Virus record (IMG/VR): IMGVR_UViG_3300010163_000016
Location: 1 to 64,000 of that record
Strand: one strand, 5' to 3'
Length of the DNA: 64,000 nucleotides
Origin: a virus
Taxonomy: Duplodnaviria; Caudoviricetes
Part shown: piece after piece, positions 9,270 through 17,400 of the stretch
Layout of the letters: each line of letters opens with the position of its first letter
Position numbering within the stretch: position 1 is the first letter of the stretch
Notes under the pieces: model-generated
What the model was told of the DNA's origin: nothing
What the model saw: the letters and a program-made list of their open reading frames with translations, nothing else
Databases searched by the model: none
Translations under genes and position numbers: made by a program

Positions 9270-9687
9270 TAAGTGATCTCCTTATTCCATCCACAGTTCC
9301 CGCACTCGAGTTTGTGAATTGGCGGCAAAGTACAGATCTCTATGGGAGTAAGCTCGCCGCCGCAGACCGGGCACTTCCCCGGAACAGGTGATGTATCCGG
9401 CACCGGCTGAGGTTCGCACTTTACCAGCAGCTCTGCGTAGTGCTGCTTGTACCAGTCACGCTCAGCCTTGAGCTTCAGGATTTTGTATTTTGCAGTCTCC
9501 ATGGCTTTGTCGTGCTTTGCTTTCTCCTCAATAAAGCCATCCCATAGGTTTCGTGAAATACAAATAACTCTGTCTGAAAACCTGGCGCCATTTTCAATTT
9601 TTGACACCGCATCAATACTTTCCAGAAGTTTACTGTAATCTTCGGATTTTTCTGCAACACCTCGTATGCACTCTTGCTGATCCACAT
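9269..9687 (-). pseudogene. Coiled-coil/Zn-ribbon gene apparently frameshifted at an A5 tract
   Basis: RBS + MWISKSAYEVLQK joins SEDYSKLLES...CPVCG...CGNCG if one base is added at T5 9647-9651. Confidence 0.45.
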
Positions 9688-9690
9688 GGG

Positions 9691-9993
9691 TTACGCCCCT
9701 TTCGTCCATCGGTCGATATCGAGCTTGCATTTTCTCAACGCCTCACCCCAGGTACGGCCTTGCCAGTCATAGTGGCGCCCCGGGCCAATGACGTAGCAGT
9801 GGAGCGTGATCTGGTAGAAGTCAGGATTGGCCGTGGCGGTTTCGTCCTCAAAGTAGTTCGGATAGGACACCAGCAGCTCCCAGGTTCCCTCATAGGATTT
9901 GCAGCCGCAATCTATTTCCAGCTCTTTGGCGATAGCGCCCGCTACCTGTTTGCGCAGAGCGTTGAATTTTGCATATTCCTGTTTGGTCATCAT
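9691..9993 (-). CDS. Hypothetical protein
   Basis: 100-aa ORF with GGAGG RBS. Confidence 0.6.
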   Translation of the reverse strand: MMTKQEYAKFNALRKQVAGAIAKELEIDCGCKSYEGTWELLVSYPNYFEDETATANPDFYQITLHCYVIGPGRHYDWQGRTWGEALRKCKLDIDRWTKGA

Positions 9994-10002
9994 GATGCCT
10001 CC

Positions 10003-10269
10003 TTACAGCTGCTTTAACCACTTTTCAATTTCCTCATCGCCCATGCCGTCCTCCCGGCAGTTTCGGATCAGTGCTTTAGTAAATTTATCCAAATCATCTT
10101 CTGGTTGGGAAGTGGACGAGCTGAACCCGCAGGATCTTGCGATTGCCAAGAACAAATCCACGCCATTCAACGGAGCGAAATGGCACTTTTCGCCGTTGTT
10201 CAGCAGATTGCAGCCAGAATCTTGCCAGAATTTGTTGTTGTGCCTGCAGAATGTACAGCGTTTGTTCAT
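10003..10269 (-). CDS. Hypothetical Cys-rich protein
   Basis: Start MNKRCTFCRHN after GGAGG. Confidence 0.55.
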   Translation of the reverse strand: MNKRCTFCRHNNKFWQDSGCNLLNNGEKCHFAPLNGVDLFLAIARSCGFSSSTSQPEDDLDKFTKALIRNCREDGMGDEEIEKWLKQL

Positions 10270-10358
10270 GTCGTTTCCTCCTCTGTTTCTTAACGTACAC
10301 GGTTTTTCCAACTTCATCTCCCCACGCATTTTTTTGATTGGATAACCGCTTCACGCGC

Positions 10359-10655
10359 TTACATCGACCGCAAGTGTGTTGCAAGAGCATCCTCAACCGC
10401 GCTCTGAGCTGCCTCATCCCAGTCCATATCGTGATCATCGATATTGCCGAGGCAAACATGGGCGATATCTGAGAGCATAGCTTCATCCTCCAGGAACCGG
10501 ATGGCCAGATCTCCCTCAGCATCGTCACACTCGGCAAATTCTTCCAAAGTCTCTCTGACCTGGTCGATAAGGAAAATGTGCTGCTGCTCCAGATAGGCGG
10601 CCATCCTCTCCTGCTCTGTGAGTTCGATCGCAGTACCGTCTCTTTTGATAATCAT
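10359..10655 (-). CDS. Acidic hypothetical protein
   Basis: 98-aa ORF with GAGGT RBS. Confidence 0.6.
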   Translation of the reverse strand: MIIKRDGTAIELTEQERMAAYLEQQHIFLIDQVRETLEEFAECDDAEGDLAIRFLEDEAMLSDIAHVCLGNIDDHDMDWDEAAQSAVEDALATHLRSM

Positions 10656-10667
10656 ATGCCCACCTCT

Positions 10668-10925
10668 TCAAATCAGATCTTCAATGTAAACCGATGGTTG
10701 GTCAACGATCTCCTCGATACAATAAGCATTCCAGACCCAGCCGAGACCGTCATTTTCAGATCGATCTTCTTCCATATCAACTCGTGCCCAGAAGCATTTC
10801 CAGACAGTCATAACGGTTCCCAGCCAGTGGTCCATCCGGCCATCAGTATTTTGGCAGCATCGACTATTCCAGTGATCTACAATGCGCACGCGGTCTCCCG
10901 GCCGCAATATTGAAATATCAACCAT
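10668..10925 (-). CDS. SH3/KOW-like small protein with DLI tail
   Basis: LRPGDRVRIV; ends VYIEDLI. Confidence 0.7.
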   Translation of the reverse strand: MVDISILRPGDRVRIVDHWNSRCCQNTDGRMDHWLGTVMTVWKCFWARVDMEEDRSENDGLGWVWNAYCIEEIVDQPSVYIEDLI

Positions 10926-10949
10926 TATCGTTTCCTCCTTACAGCCATA

Positions 10950-10987
10950 AGGAAATCGCCCGCCGTTTGCTCGGCGGGCGATTTCCT
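10950..10987. terminator. 16-bp stem hairpin (terminator or processing site)
   Basis: AGGAAATCGCCCGCCG-N6-CGGCGGGCGATTTCCT. Confidence 0.55.
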
Positions 10988-11000
10988 ATGATGTATTTCC

Positions 11001-11546
11001 TTATTCGTTGATGATATGGATCTGGCACGCTTTCATAGCGGACAGAGCGTTGGCGTGGCTCTCAGACGTAACGCCGGCGCAGCAGGCAGCATCCACACAA
11101 ATGGGCACATCCGGCAAAAATGTTTTGATCGTCATGGCGTTGGAGATCACACAGATGTCCGTGCAGAGGCCAACCAACTGAATTTCCTCGATGGGAATAT
11201 CCATGTGAAGCGCAGAGAGCGCCTGTGCCAGAGAACGGCACCCGAACGTATTCTTTGTCAGATACGTCACATTGGAAAATGCGGCGTTCTTGGCGGAGAG
11301 TATGGCCTGCACGGTATGATCGATTTCCCATCCATAGGTCTCCTCCACACAGTGGATGACCGGCAGCAGCCGCCCCTCCTGGGTGGACAAATACTCCTTA
11401 TCGTGAGTGTCCTGGGTGACGAAAATATCCCCTTCCCATTGGCTGATTTTTTCCATTACCTTTGGAACAATAGCCTCGGCAGCAGGCGTTCCAAGGGCGC
11501 CGGATATAAAATCATTCTGCATATCCACTACGATCAATATTTTCAT
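11001..11546 (-). CDS. pncA: Nicotinamidase / isochorismatase-family cysteine hydrolase
   Basis: VVDMQNDF, QDTH, HC, KNTFG and GLCTDICV motifs. Confidence 0.85.
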   Translation of the reverse strand: MKILIVVDMQNDFISGALGTPAAEAIVPKVMEKISQWEGDIFVTQDTHDKEYLSTQEGRLLPVIHCVEETYGWEIDHTVQAILSAKNAAFSNVTYLTKNTFGCRSLAQALSALHMDIPIEEIQLVGLCTDICVISNAMTIKTFLPDVPICVDAACCAGVTSESHANALSAMKACQIHIINE

Positions 11547-11658
11547 ATAATGCCTCCTGATGATACGTTTGTTCTGATATCCTAGCACAAAAACAGTACG
11601 TTTGCAATCCTAAATTCCTGTTGGCTCATTCTGAGCACAGCTTTGCAGATTGTTTCCT

Positions 11659-11892
11659 TTAGATCAAATCGTCGACAGCGGGCAGATCTGCATCCCATGG
11701 GATGAGTTGGCTCAGCGGCCACCAGAATATTTCGTTTTCCAACCTTGCCCCTGGCCCTTCAATGTGGGTGATCTGTAGAGGGCACCTCGCAAATGCGGCG
11801 TTCCAAGATGTTGCACAAATACCATAATGCATTGAACCGCCGGGATAAGGCCGCAGGCAAACCAGATCGCCTACCCGGAATTGTCCATTCAT
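11659..11892 (-). CDS. SH3/KOW-like small protein with DLI tail
   Basis: FRVGDLVCLR; ends PAVDDLI. Confidence 0.7.
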   Translation of the reverse strand: MNGQFRVGDLVCLRPYPGGSMHYGICATSWNAAFARCPLQITHIEGPGARLENEIFWWPLSQLIPWDADLPAVDDLI

Positions 11893-12275
11893 ATCAGATC
11901 CTCCAGTTCAACGCCAGTTTCATAACATTCAGCCGCTGGGATCTTCTGAACCATATTTTCTTGTAGAAAGGGCTCATACTGGATGATTGACTGACAAGTG
12001 CAGGTCTTGCCGTTTTCAAAATACGCCTTCCAGCGGTCTTCAATATCTTCTCCATCACCGGTCAGTTCAAAGAAACAGCCTGGATACTGCACGGACAGCT
12101 GCAGCAGATCGGTTTCCCACTCATACCATTTTGCGTACCCGCTGGCATAGACCCTACTCCCTACAGATGCTGTGTCATTAAAAACACAGAGGTTGTCCAG
12201 GTCCTTCAGAAGCTGATCCCGCATGCCGGACATAACATGATTAACCGTCAAATCAAATGTCGTATAGTAGCCCAT
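11889..12275 (-). CDS. Hypothetical protein with DLI tail
   Basis: MGYYT...AKWYEWE...GEDIED; ends VELEDLI. Confidence 0.7.
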   Translation of the reverse strand: MGYYTTFDLTVNHVMSGMRDQLLKDLDNLCVFNDTASVGSRVYASGYAKWYEWETDLLQLSVQYPGCFFELTGDGEDIEDRWKAYFENGKTCTCQSIIQYEPFLQENMVQKIPAAECYETGVELEDLI

Positions 12276-12287
12276 ATTCTTTCTCCC

Positions 12288-12632
12288 TTAGATCAAATCG
12301 TCGATGTTTGGCAGGAGCGCGTCGTCCTTCATCAGCCACTCCTGGAAGGTATACCATGTGTGCTCGTTGACACCGCTGGCATCGGACAGCGTCCCATTTT
12401 CCAGGAGCGTATGCGCCATATCCCGGTTGATCCTGGCGATACAATGGGGAAATTTCTCTCCAAGAGCCCAGCGGAAGCCGGCTGTTTCAGGCATCAGGGC
12501 AAATTGCGGAACGAAACCAAACTTCCCCAGCATGGAATATCCGGCGGCGTGCAGCATGTTAGCCAACTCCAAGCACTCCTCCTGTGTATCGCAGAGGATA
12601 CACTCCCCTCTTTTCAGCAGCATATATCCCAC
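12288..12632 (-). CDS. Small protein with DLI tail (C-[DE]-[TS]-x-EE family)
   Basis: ILCDTQEECLE; ends PNIDDLI. Confidence 0.7.
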   Translation of the reverse strand: MGYMLLKRGECILCDTQEECLELANMLHAAGYSMLGKFGFVPQFALMPETAGFRWALGEKFPHCIARINRDMAHTLLENGTLSDASGVNEHTWYTFQEWLMKDDALLPNIDDLI

Positions 12633-12639
12633 TCCTTTT

Positions 12640-12813
12640 TCAAATCAGCTCCAAAACAATAGGGTAAGGCCATCCGGGTTGCGTCTGGGCCATAACGGCA
12701 TTCCCTCCCGCCACATTGCCTTTGAGAGCAACACCATGGCCTGGACCATTAGGGTCATGACATTTGAAAATCTGGAAGCCGCCGCCCCGGCGGAAAAATT
12801 CATGGATATCCAT
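12640..12813 (-). CDS. 57-aa ORF below the track cutoff
   Basis: AGGAG RBS; MDIHEFFRRGGG...PIVLELI fills the gap between genes. Confidence 0.4.
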   Translation of the reverse strand: MDIHEFFRRGGGFQIFKCHDPNGPGHGVALKGNVAGGNAVMAQTQPGWPYPIVLELI

Positions 12814-12822
12814 ATCGCACTC

Positions 12823-13134
12823 CTATATTAAATCGGAAACGTCCACGAAGGCAGCATGGACCTCCGCCGGGAACAGGTCTGCCGCAGCGATGTGCCTATA
12901 GCCAGTGATTTCCCTGCCGTTTCCATATGCATTGACCCCACGCGACGTCAAAAACAAATATTGCCAGTAACTGCTTCCATCATAGGATCGTTCCCAATTC
13001 GTCCGCGGCACCCCATAGATGGTTTCCATCAGGGGGGCGACGATCAGCGTTTCTTCCTGAGAGTCACACACGACAAAGCTGTAGTCGCCACACCCCTGGA
13101 CGCCGATCGCTTCAATAAGCTGTTCCCTTGTCAA
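12823..13134 (-). CDS. Small protein with DLI tail (C-[DE]-[TS]-x-EE family)
   Basis: FVVCDSQEETL; ends VDVSDLI. Confidence 0.7.
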   Translation of the reverse strand: MTREQLIEAIGVQGCGDYSFVVCDSQEETLIVAPLMETIYGVPRTNWERSYDGSSYWQYLFLTSRGVNAYGNGREITGYRHIAAADLFPAEVHAAFVDVSDLI

Positions 13135-13751
13135 AGCACATCCTCCAAAAGCTCGCAGCGGATATGGAGGCTGACGCTCTGTCCCTGACGCGCTAGCCGC
13201 CGCAGGGAGTTGGCGACGTGATCCGCGTCAAAGGCGCCGCGAAACCGGAGGCTGAATTCCTCCAGGGAGAGCGGCACAGTTTCCTGGGCAGGCCGCGGAT
13301 CCTCCTGGGGCTGGGGCGCTGGTTCCTGTCCGGGATGGAAGAAATTCATCAGGAGTATTCGCTGCCCGTTCGTCATACGGCTGCCGCAGGTGAAAAGGCC
13401 GGAAAGGTCGCAGTCCGCCACAGAGCGGCGGAAGGTGCTGATGGAGACCCCAAAAGCCTCGGCAATAACGCTCATGGTGGCTCCGTATGTATGGGCCAGG
13501 AAAGCGGTATACTGCCGCCGCAGATCGGCGGGCATATCCCGGAATTCCTGGAAGGTCATCGGTTCGCTGAGTTTGTAGCTTTTTACTTCTCCGTTCATTC
13601 TCTCCAGCTCCTTCTTGGTTTTATGGTCGGACGGCAGGGACACATAGGCGGTCCTGCTGCCGCTTCTTCTGCGGCGGGCGCTGTGTCCGGCGGACTTTTT
13701 CTCCCGGATATCGCCGTAGAATACGGACTTGATCTCTCTGGCGTCCATCAT
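13131..13751 (-). CDS. Basic helix-turn-helix protein directly downstream of retron ncRNA unit 3
   Basis: GAAAGGAGG RBS, start MMDAREIK; Arg/Lys-rich N-terminus; MSVIAEAFGVSISTFRRSV HTH-like segment. Confidence 0.7.
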   Translation of the reverse strand: MMDAREIKSVFYGDIREKKSAGHSARRRRSGSRTAYVSLPSDHKTKKELERMNGEVKSYKLSEPMTFQEFRDMPADLRRQYTAFLAHTYGATMSVIAEAFGVSISTFRRSVADCDLSGLFTCGSRMTNGQRILLMNFFHPGQEPAPQPQEDPRPAQETVPLSLEEFSLRFRGAFDADHVANSLRRLARQGQSVSLHIRCELLEDVL

Positions 13752-13791
13752 GCGGGGTGTGTGCCCCTCCTTTCGTAGGTGGATTGATGTT

Positions 13792-13970
13792 GTCTGCGAT
13801 CCATGAGGCCTGTCTTCCTGCCGGGCTGGGCGCCAGCCGGGCAGTGAAGACAGAGCCGAGTGCACGGGCCTGCGCCCGCTTGGCGTTAGCAATTTTTGTC
13901 TGGCTGCGTTGTACGTCCGCGCTGCGCTGGACGTTTCTCCGTGATGCGGAAGAAGATTTTCATCGCAGAC
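13792..13970 (-). ncRNA. Retron-like msr-msd ncRNA, unit 3 (179 nt)
   Basis: 9-bp arms GUCUGCGAU/AUCGCAGAC with opposing Gs (13961, 13801); SL1 abutting SL2 ACGUCC-A-GCG-CAG-CGC-GGACGU (13913-13934); long msd hairpin about 13807-13858. Confidence 0.75.
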
Positions 13971-13975
13971 TGTGT

Positions 13976-14286
13976 TTTGGTACTGCTGGATAGATTTCTT
14001 AGGTCAGGGCGACCTGGTCTCTGAAGGGTACTGTCCTTGAGACTTTGATGGTGATTAACGCTCGGTCGGACGGTTTAAGGCAGTGCAGGGGCTGGATGTC
14101 TGGGGATCAGCTCCGATTCCGGTGAAATTGCCGTGGTTATTTCCTTTATCCGATGAGAGCCTCACGTCCGTGTCTTGTATCGCGCGCCGCGGCAGCCTGG
14201 CCGGCTGCATCCGTCCTCCGGCCGAACCTGTGCTCCCGCGTTCCGCTGGGAGCTTTGCTTGAGCAAGCAAATATACCAGTACCAAA
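13976..14286 (-). ncRNA. Retron-like msr-msd ncRNA, unit 2 (311 nt)
   Basis: 10-bp arms UUUGGUACUG/CAGUACCAAA with opposing Gs (14276, 13986); GUAUA linker, SL1 UUUGCUU/AAGCAAA, SL2 GCUCCC-A-GCG-GAA-CGC-GGGAGC (14232-14253). Confidence 0.8.
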
Positions 14287-14344
14287 TGAGAGTTTTATTT
14301 TTCCGCTGAGAAGCTTTCTGAAGAAGGCCTCTCAATTGACTGAC

Positions 14345-15496
14345 TTATGCGGCGATATCCTGCCGCAGCATTTCCTTGACATCCCCGCCGAACTGCTGCC
14401 CGTAGAGCTCCAACACAGCCTTCATCCAGGCCGGTTCCACCATGGCGGCATAGGAGATGTTTCCCTGGAGCCGGTTCAATTCACCAACAGGTGTGGGAAT
14501 ATGGTTTTGCCGGTCGGTGAGATAATTGAAGATCCAGGCGCGCAGATCCCGCTTCCGCCGGTGGCCCAGCGTGATCTCGTTGTCTTTATTCACCATAAGC
14601 CCCAGCATCCAGTTCCTGCCGGAGCGGGACCCATAGTGGGTCTTCTCCGGCTTGATGCGGAACGGCGCATGGTTCTTTTCCAGGACCCGGTCGATGAGAG
14701 CGACGATCTTCCTGTAGTCAAAATCATACCGGGAACTGATGGTGATATCGTCGGCATAGCGGGTGTAGATATAGCGGTTCTTTTCGTAGTCCCGCAGTGT
14801 GTTGCTCAGCTCGTAGTCAATGGGGATCATGACGGCGTTGGTGAGCAGAGGAGAGATCGGTGTCCCCTGCGGCAGCCCCCCATTCAGGAAACAGAGGCTG
14901 AGGGCCTTTTCCAAAGCTGCTTTCCCCCGCGGGTAGCGGACCACCTCGCTGAAAGGGAAGATCTGGCTGAACTGCGCCATGGTAAACTCCAGGGTAGTGC
15001 TGCCGAAGAAGTTGGAGAAATCTGTTTTCAAATACCATCGGGAGTCGTTAGCCTGGTGCCGCCTGGCGGCGTCCACCGTGCATCTGCCGGTCACGTAGGC
15101 GTAGGCAGCCGTGTGATGGAGTACACGGAAATCCGATTCAAAAATCGATTTCAATATCCGCAGAGCCAGATCCAGATCAGCATGCGGCTGGTCAATGGGG
15201 CGTTTCCCTTTGCCGTTTTTCTTGGGGATCTCATAGTGGCTGTAGAGAGACGCGCGCTCCGCCTGAAACAGCGGCTCAAACTGCTGATTAAACTGCTCCA
15301 GACGGCGGATCAAAGCAGCCACGTCCAGCTGCCGGTACAGCTTATCGCTGGGCCAACTGATCAAATAGGTGCGGGTGGCGCCCTTTACATTTTTCCAAGG
15401 GGGGGCCGGGACGGCCCGGTCCAGATCTCCAAAAATCAGCTCGTCCAGAGAGAACTGATGGGATGCAGGCATCTGCTTGACCGTTACATATGGCAT
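14345..15496 (-). CDS. Retron-type reverse transcriptase
   Basis: IPKKNGKGKRPI, AARRH (region X-like), LKTDFSNFF, LPQGTPISPLLTN, YTRYADD, MLGL at the VTG position; no maturase, HNH or nitrilase domain. Confidence 0.9.
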   Translation of the reverse strand: MPYVTVKQMPASHQFSLDELIFGDLDRAVPAPPWKNVKGATRTYLISWPSDKLYRQLDVAALIRRLEQFNQQFEPLFQAERASLYSHYEIPKKNGKGKRPIDQPHADLDLALRILKSIFESDFRVLHHTAAYAYVTGRCTVDAARRHQANDSRWYLKTDFSNFFGSTTLEFTMAQFSQIFPFSEVVRYPRGKAALEKALSLCFLNGGLPQGTPISPLLTNAVMIPIDYELSNTLRDYEKNRYIYTRYADDITISSRYDFDYRKIVALIDRVLEKNHAPFRIKPEKTHYGSRSGRNWMLGLMVNKDNEITLGHRRKRDLRAWIFNYLTDRQNHIPTPVGELNRLQGNISYAAMVEPAWMKAVLELYGQQFGGDVKEMLRQDIAA

Positions 15497-15526
15497 AGGG
15501 TTTCTCCTTTCTTGAAAGTTTTGTTC

Positions 15527-15801
15527 TGTGATGTTCCTGATACGATGATGAGTCGTACAGCTAGGGCTCTCGTATTGGCCAACACAATCGTGATTTGGTC
15601 TGCGAATGGCATTTCATGGCTCTGGGTCTCCTTGCGGCTGGGGCGTTTGCCGATATAGTGTCGGTACGCTTGGTTATTGATCCTTCTCACGCCATCGCGA
15701 CTATACGCGACAGCGTAGTCTGGTCCATATTTTCCCGCCGCCGAATTCTTGCTCCCGCGTTCCGCTGGGAGCCGGTTTTGACAACCGTATACAACATCAC
15801 A
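15527..15801 (-). ncRNA. Retron-like msr-msd ncRNA, unit 1 (275 nt)
   Basis: 9-bp arms UGUGAUGUU/AACAUCACA with opposing Gs (15792, 15536); GUAUA linker, SL1 CGGUU/AACCG, SL2 identical to unit 2 (15751-15772); canonical position upstream of RT. Confidence 0.85.
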
Positions 15802-15827
15802 AATTAAATTTCTTGATGATACGCTGC

Positions 15828-16505
15828 TCAGAACGCATCCAGGGAGGGCAGGAATGCGTCCGTCTGAATGGTACGGCGGAAGGTCTTCCCTTCCGATTTG
15901 ACGAAGTTCATGAAATTGCTCACCGCCAGGGAGCAGATCAGATAGACTGTCGTGCAGACGGAGAGCGCCGTGTTGCAGGCGGTGTGGGGCGTTTCCGCGG
16001 CGGCCTGTTCGTCCGTGAAGTCCATAGTGCCGATGAAATTTCGAACGCTCAGGCTGTCGTGCCAGTCAGCCAGATAATGCTGGGCGTCGGTGAGGCTGAT
16101 GCGGACGTCGCTCATGACTGCAATGGATGGGTTCAGCTTATGCTGCTTAGCAATCGCTTTTCGGGTGGCGATACTATCCACGCAGAGGAATACGCACCCG
16201 GAGAGCGGCTGATCCTCATACCGTTCCGGGACAAGCCGGATCTGTTCCCCAATCCCGCTGTTGATCTCCGTCAGGATCTCCCCCAGCGCGTCCACCTTCT
16301 TTTTCCCGACATCCTTCTCCCGGAACATCTGATTGGCGATGTTGTGGGGCTCCACCATGTCGTCGTCGTACAGGACAAAATCCGTCAGGCCGGCATGGGC
16401 CAGCATGACGGCAATGGTGCTTCCAACCGCCCCGCATCCGATGATATGGATGCGGCCCCGGACCATGGACGGATGAAAGAATCCTTCCATTTTAATGAGA
16501 TCCAT
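15828..16505 (-). CDS. ThiF/E1-like adenylyltransferase (Ubl-activating enzyme)
   Basis: IHIIGCGAVGS, YDDDMVEPHNIANQ, CVDS; candidate catalytic Cys in TPHTACN; no Zn CxxC pairs. Confidence 0.9.
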   Translation of the reverse strand: MDLIKMEGFFHPSMVRGRIHIIGCGAVGSTIAVMLAHAGLTDFVLYDDDMVEPHNIANQMFREKDVGKKKVDALGEILTEINSGIGEQIRLVPERYEDQPLSGCVFLCVDSIATRKAIAKQHKLNPSIAVMSDVRISLTDAQHYLADWHDSLSVRNFIGTMDFTDEQAAAETPHTACNTALSVCTTVYLICSLAVSNFMNFVKSEGKTFRRTIQTDAFLPSLDAF

Positions 16506-16507
16506 AT

Positions 16508-17377
16508 TTAAATCCCCCTTCCCGCGCAGGACACCCAGCGTCCTGCCTCGTCATAGCAGCCATATGGTTCGTCGTCCGCATCATATCGGTCGCCATAAGG
16601 GTCCTCGTCGTAAAGATCGTTGGCCCATTTCTTTTGGGAAGCTCCTGTCGTGGGGCTGGCGGTCTTGCCCGCAGTCCCAGCTGTGGAGGCGGGCGGCGTA
16701 TAGCTGCCGGGGTAGGAAGTCCGCCCGCCGCCGGAGGTGGTCGTCTGATATGTCTGGACAACCATTTCCTGTGCGGACTTCAGGAACGGCTCCGCCTGGA
16801 AAGTTTCATCCCCGATGTAGACGTCAACGTCAGCGGTCTCATACATGACGCCGAACTTGTTGTCATAGAGCCGGATGAACAGCTTGCCCGGCTTGTTCAT
16901 GATAAAGAAGAGATAGAAATCCCCGGGCTGCAGCATGTTCGTCAGATCCCGCTGGAGATCGTCGTCGGTGGCGCTGGAAAACGTATCCATATTGACATGG
17001 CTGTGGCCGTGGAAGCGGATCTTGCGGAGCGTTTCTGTGGGGAACCGGTCCAGCCACGCGCCGTGCTTGATCTCATCCGTTGTGATATTGGCCCCGGTGA
17101 CACGCTGTGGGTAGACCATGACATCCTCCAGCAGGAACCGGTCATCCGCCTCCGGATCCCGGCAGCAAACGCCCTGCCAGCCGACTTCGCTGGTGAAGTG
17201 CTGAATGAGCAGCTGCATCTTGAGCCAGGCCATCGGGGCGACAACCACTTTTACCCGCCTGGGCGCGCCGGCGGGAAGCGGCATTCCGCTCAGGACGCGG
17301 GGATCGAACTTTCCCGCCAGGAGGCGGGCGGCCTTCAGGTAATCAATGGCCTCCTGGTGCAATGTAAAGTTTTTCAT
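16508..17377 (-). CDS. JAB/MPN metallopeptidase (Ubl processing/deconjugation)
   Basis: SEVGW Glu and HGHSHVNMDTFSSATDD JAMM motif; low-complexity C-terminal tail. Confidence 0.85.
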   Translation of the reverse strand: MKNFTLHQEAIDYLKAARLLAGKFDPRVLSGMPLPAGAPRRVKVVVAPMAWLKMQLLIQHFTSEVGWQGVCCRDPEADDRFLLEDVMVYPQRVTGANITTDEIKHGAWLDRFPTETLRKIRFHGHSHVNMDTFSSATDDDLQRDLTNMLQPGDFYLFFIMNKPGKLFIRLYDNKFGVMYETADVDVYIGDETFQAEPFLKSAQEMVVQTYQTTTSGGGRTSYPGSYTPPASTAGTAGKTASPTTGASQKKWANDLYDEDPYGDRYDADDEPYGCYDEAGRWVSCAGRGI

Positions 17378-17400
17378 ACGCTTTCTCCTTCTCCTTCTGC

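Noticed and set aside
14345-15496. RT as a group II intron-encoded protein
   Set aside because: No maturase/X or En domain and no domain V hairpin or GUGYG boundary seen
14153-15658. 501-aa plus-strand ORF and other long antisense ORFs (17512-18783, 45415-47274, 51819-53492)
   Set aside because: Shadow frames opposite real GC-rich genes; no RBS or recognisable motifs
14221-15772. The 33-nt near-repeat around the RT as a DGR template/variable repeat pair
   Set aside because: Too short, neither copy lies in a coding 3-prime end, mismatches are not all at adenines, no Avd gene is present, and the RT motifs are retron-like
15828-16505. ThiF as a thiamine or molybdopterin sulfur-relay enzyme
   Set aside because: No thiG, thiS-context or moa genes; neighbours are JAB, E2-like and a capped Ubl
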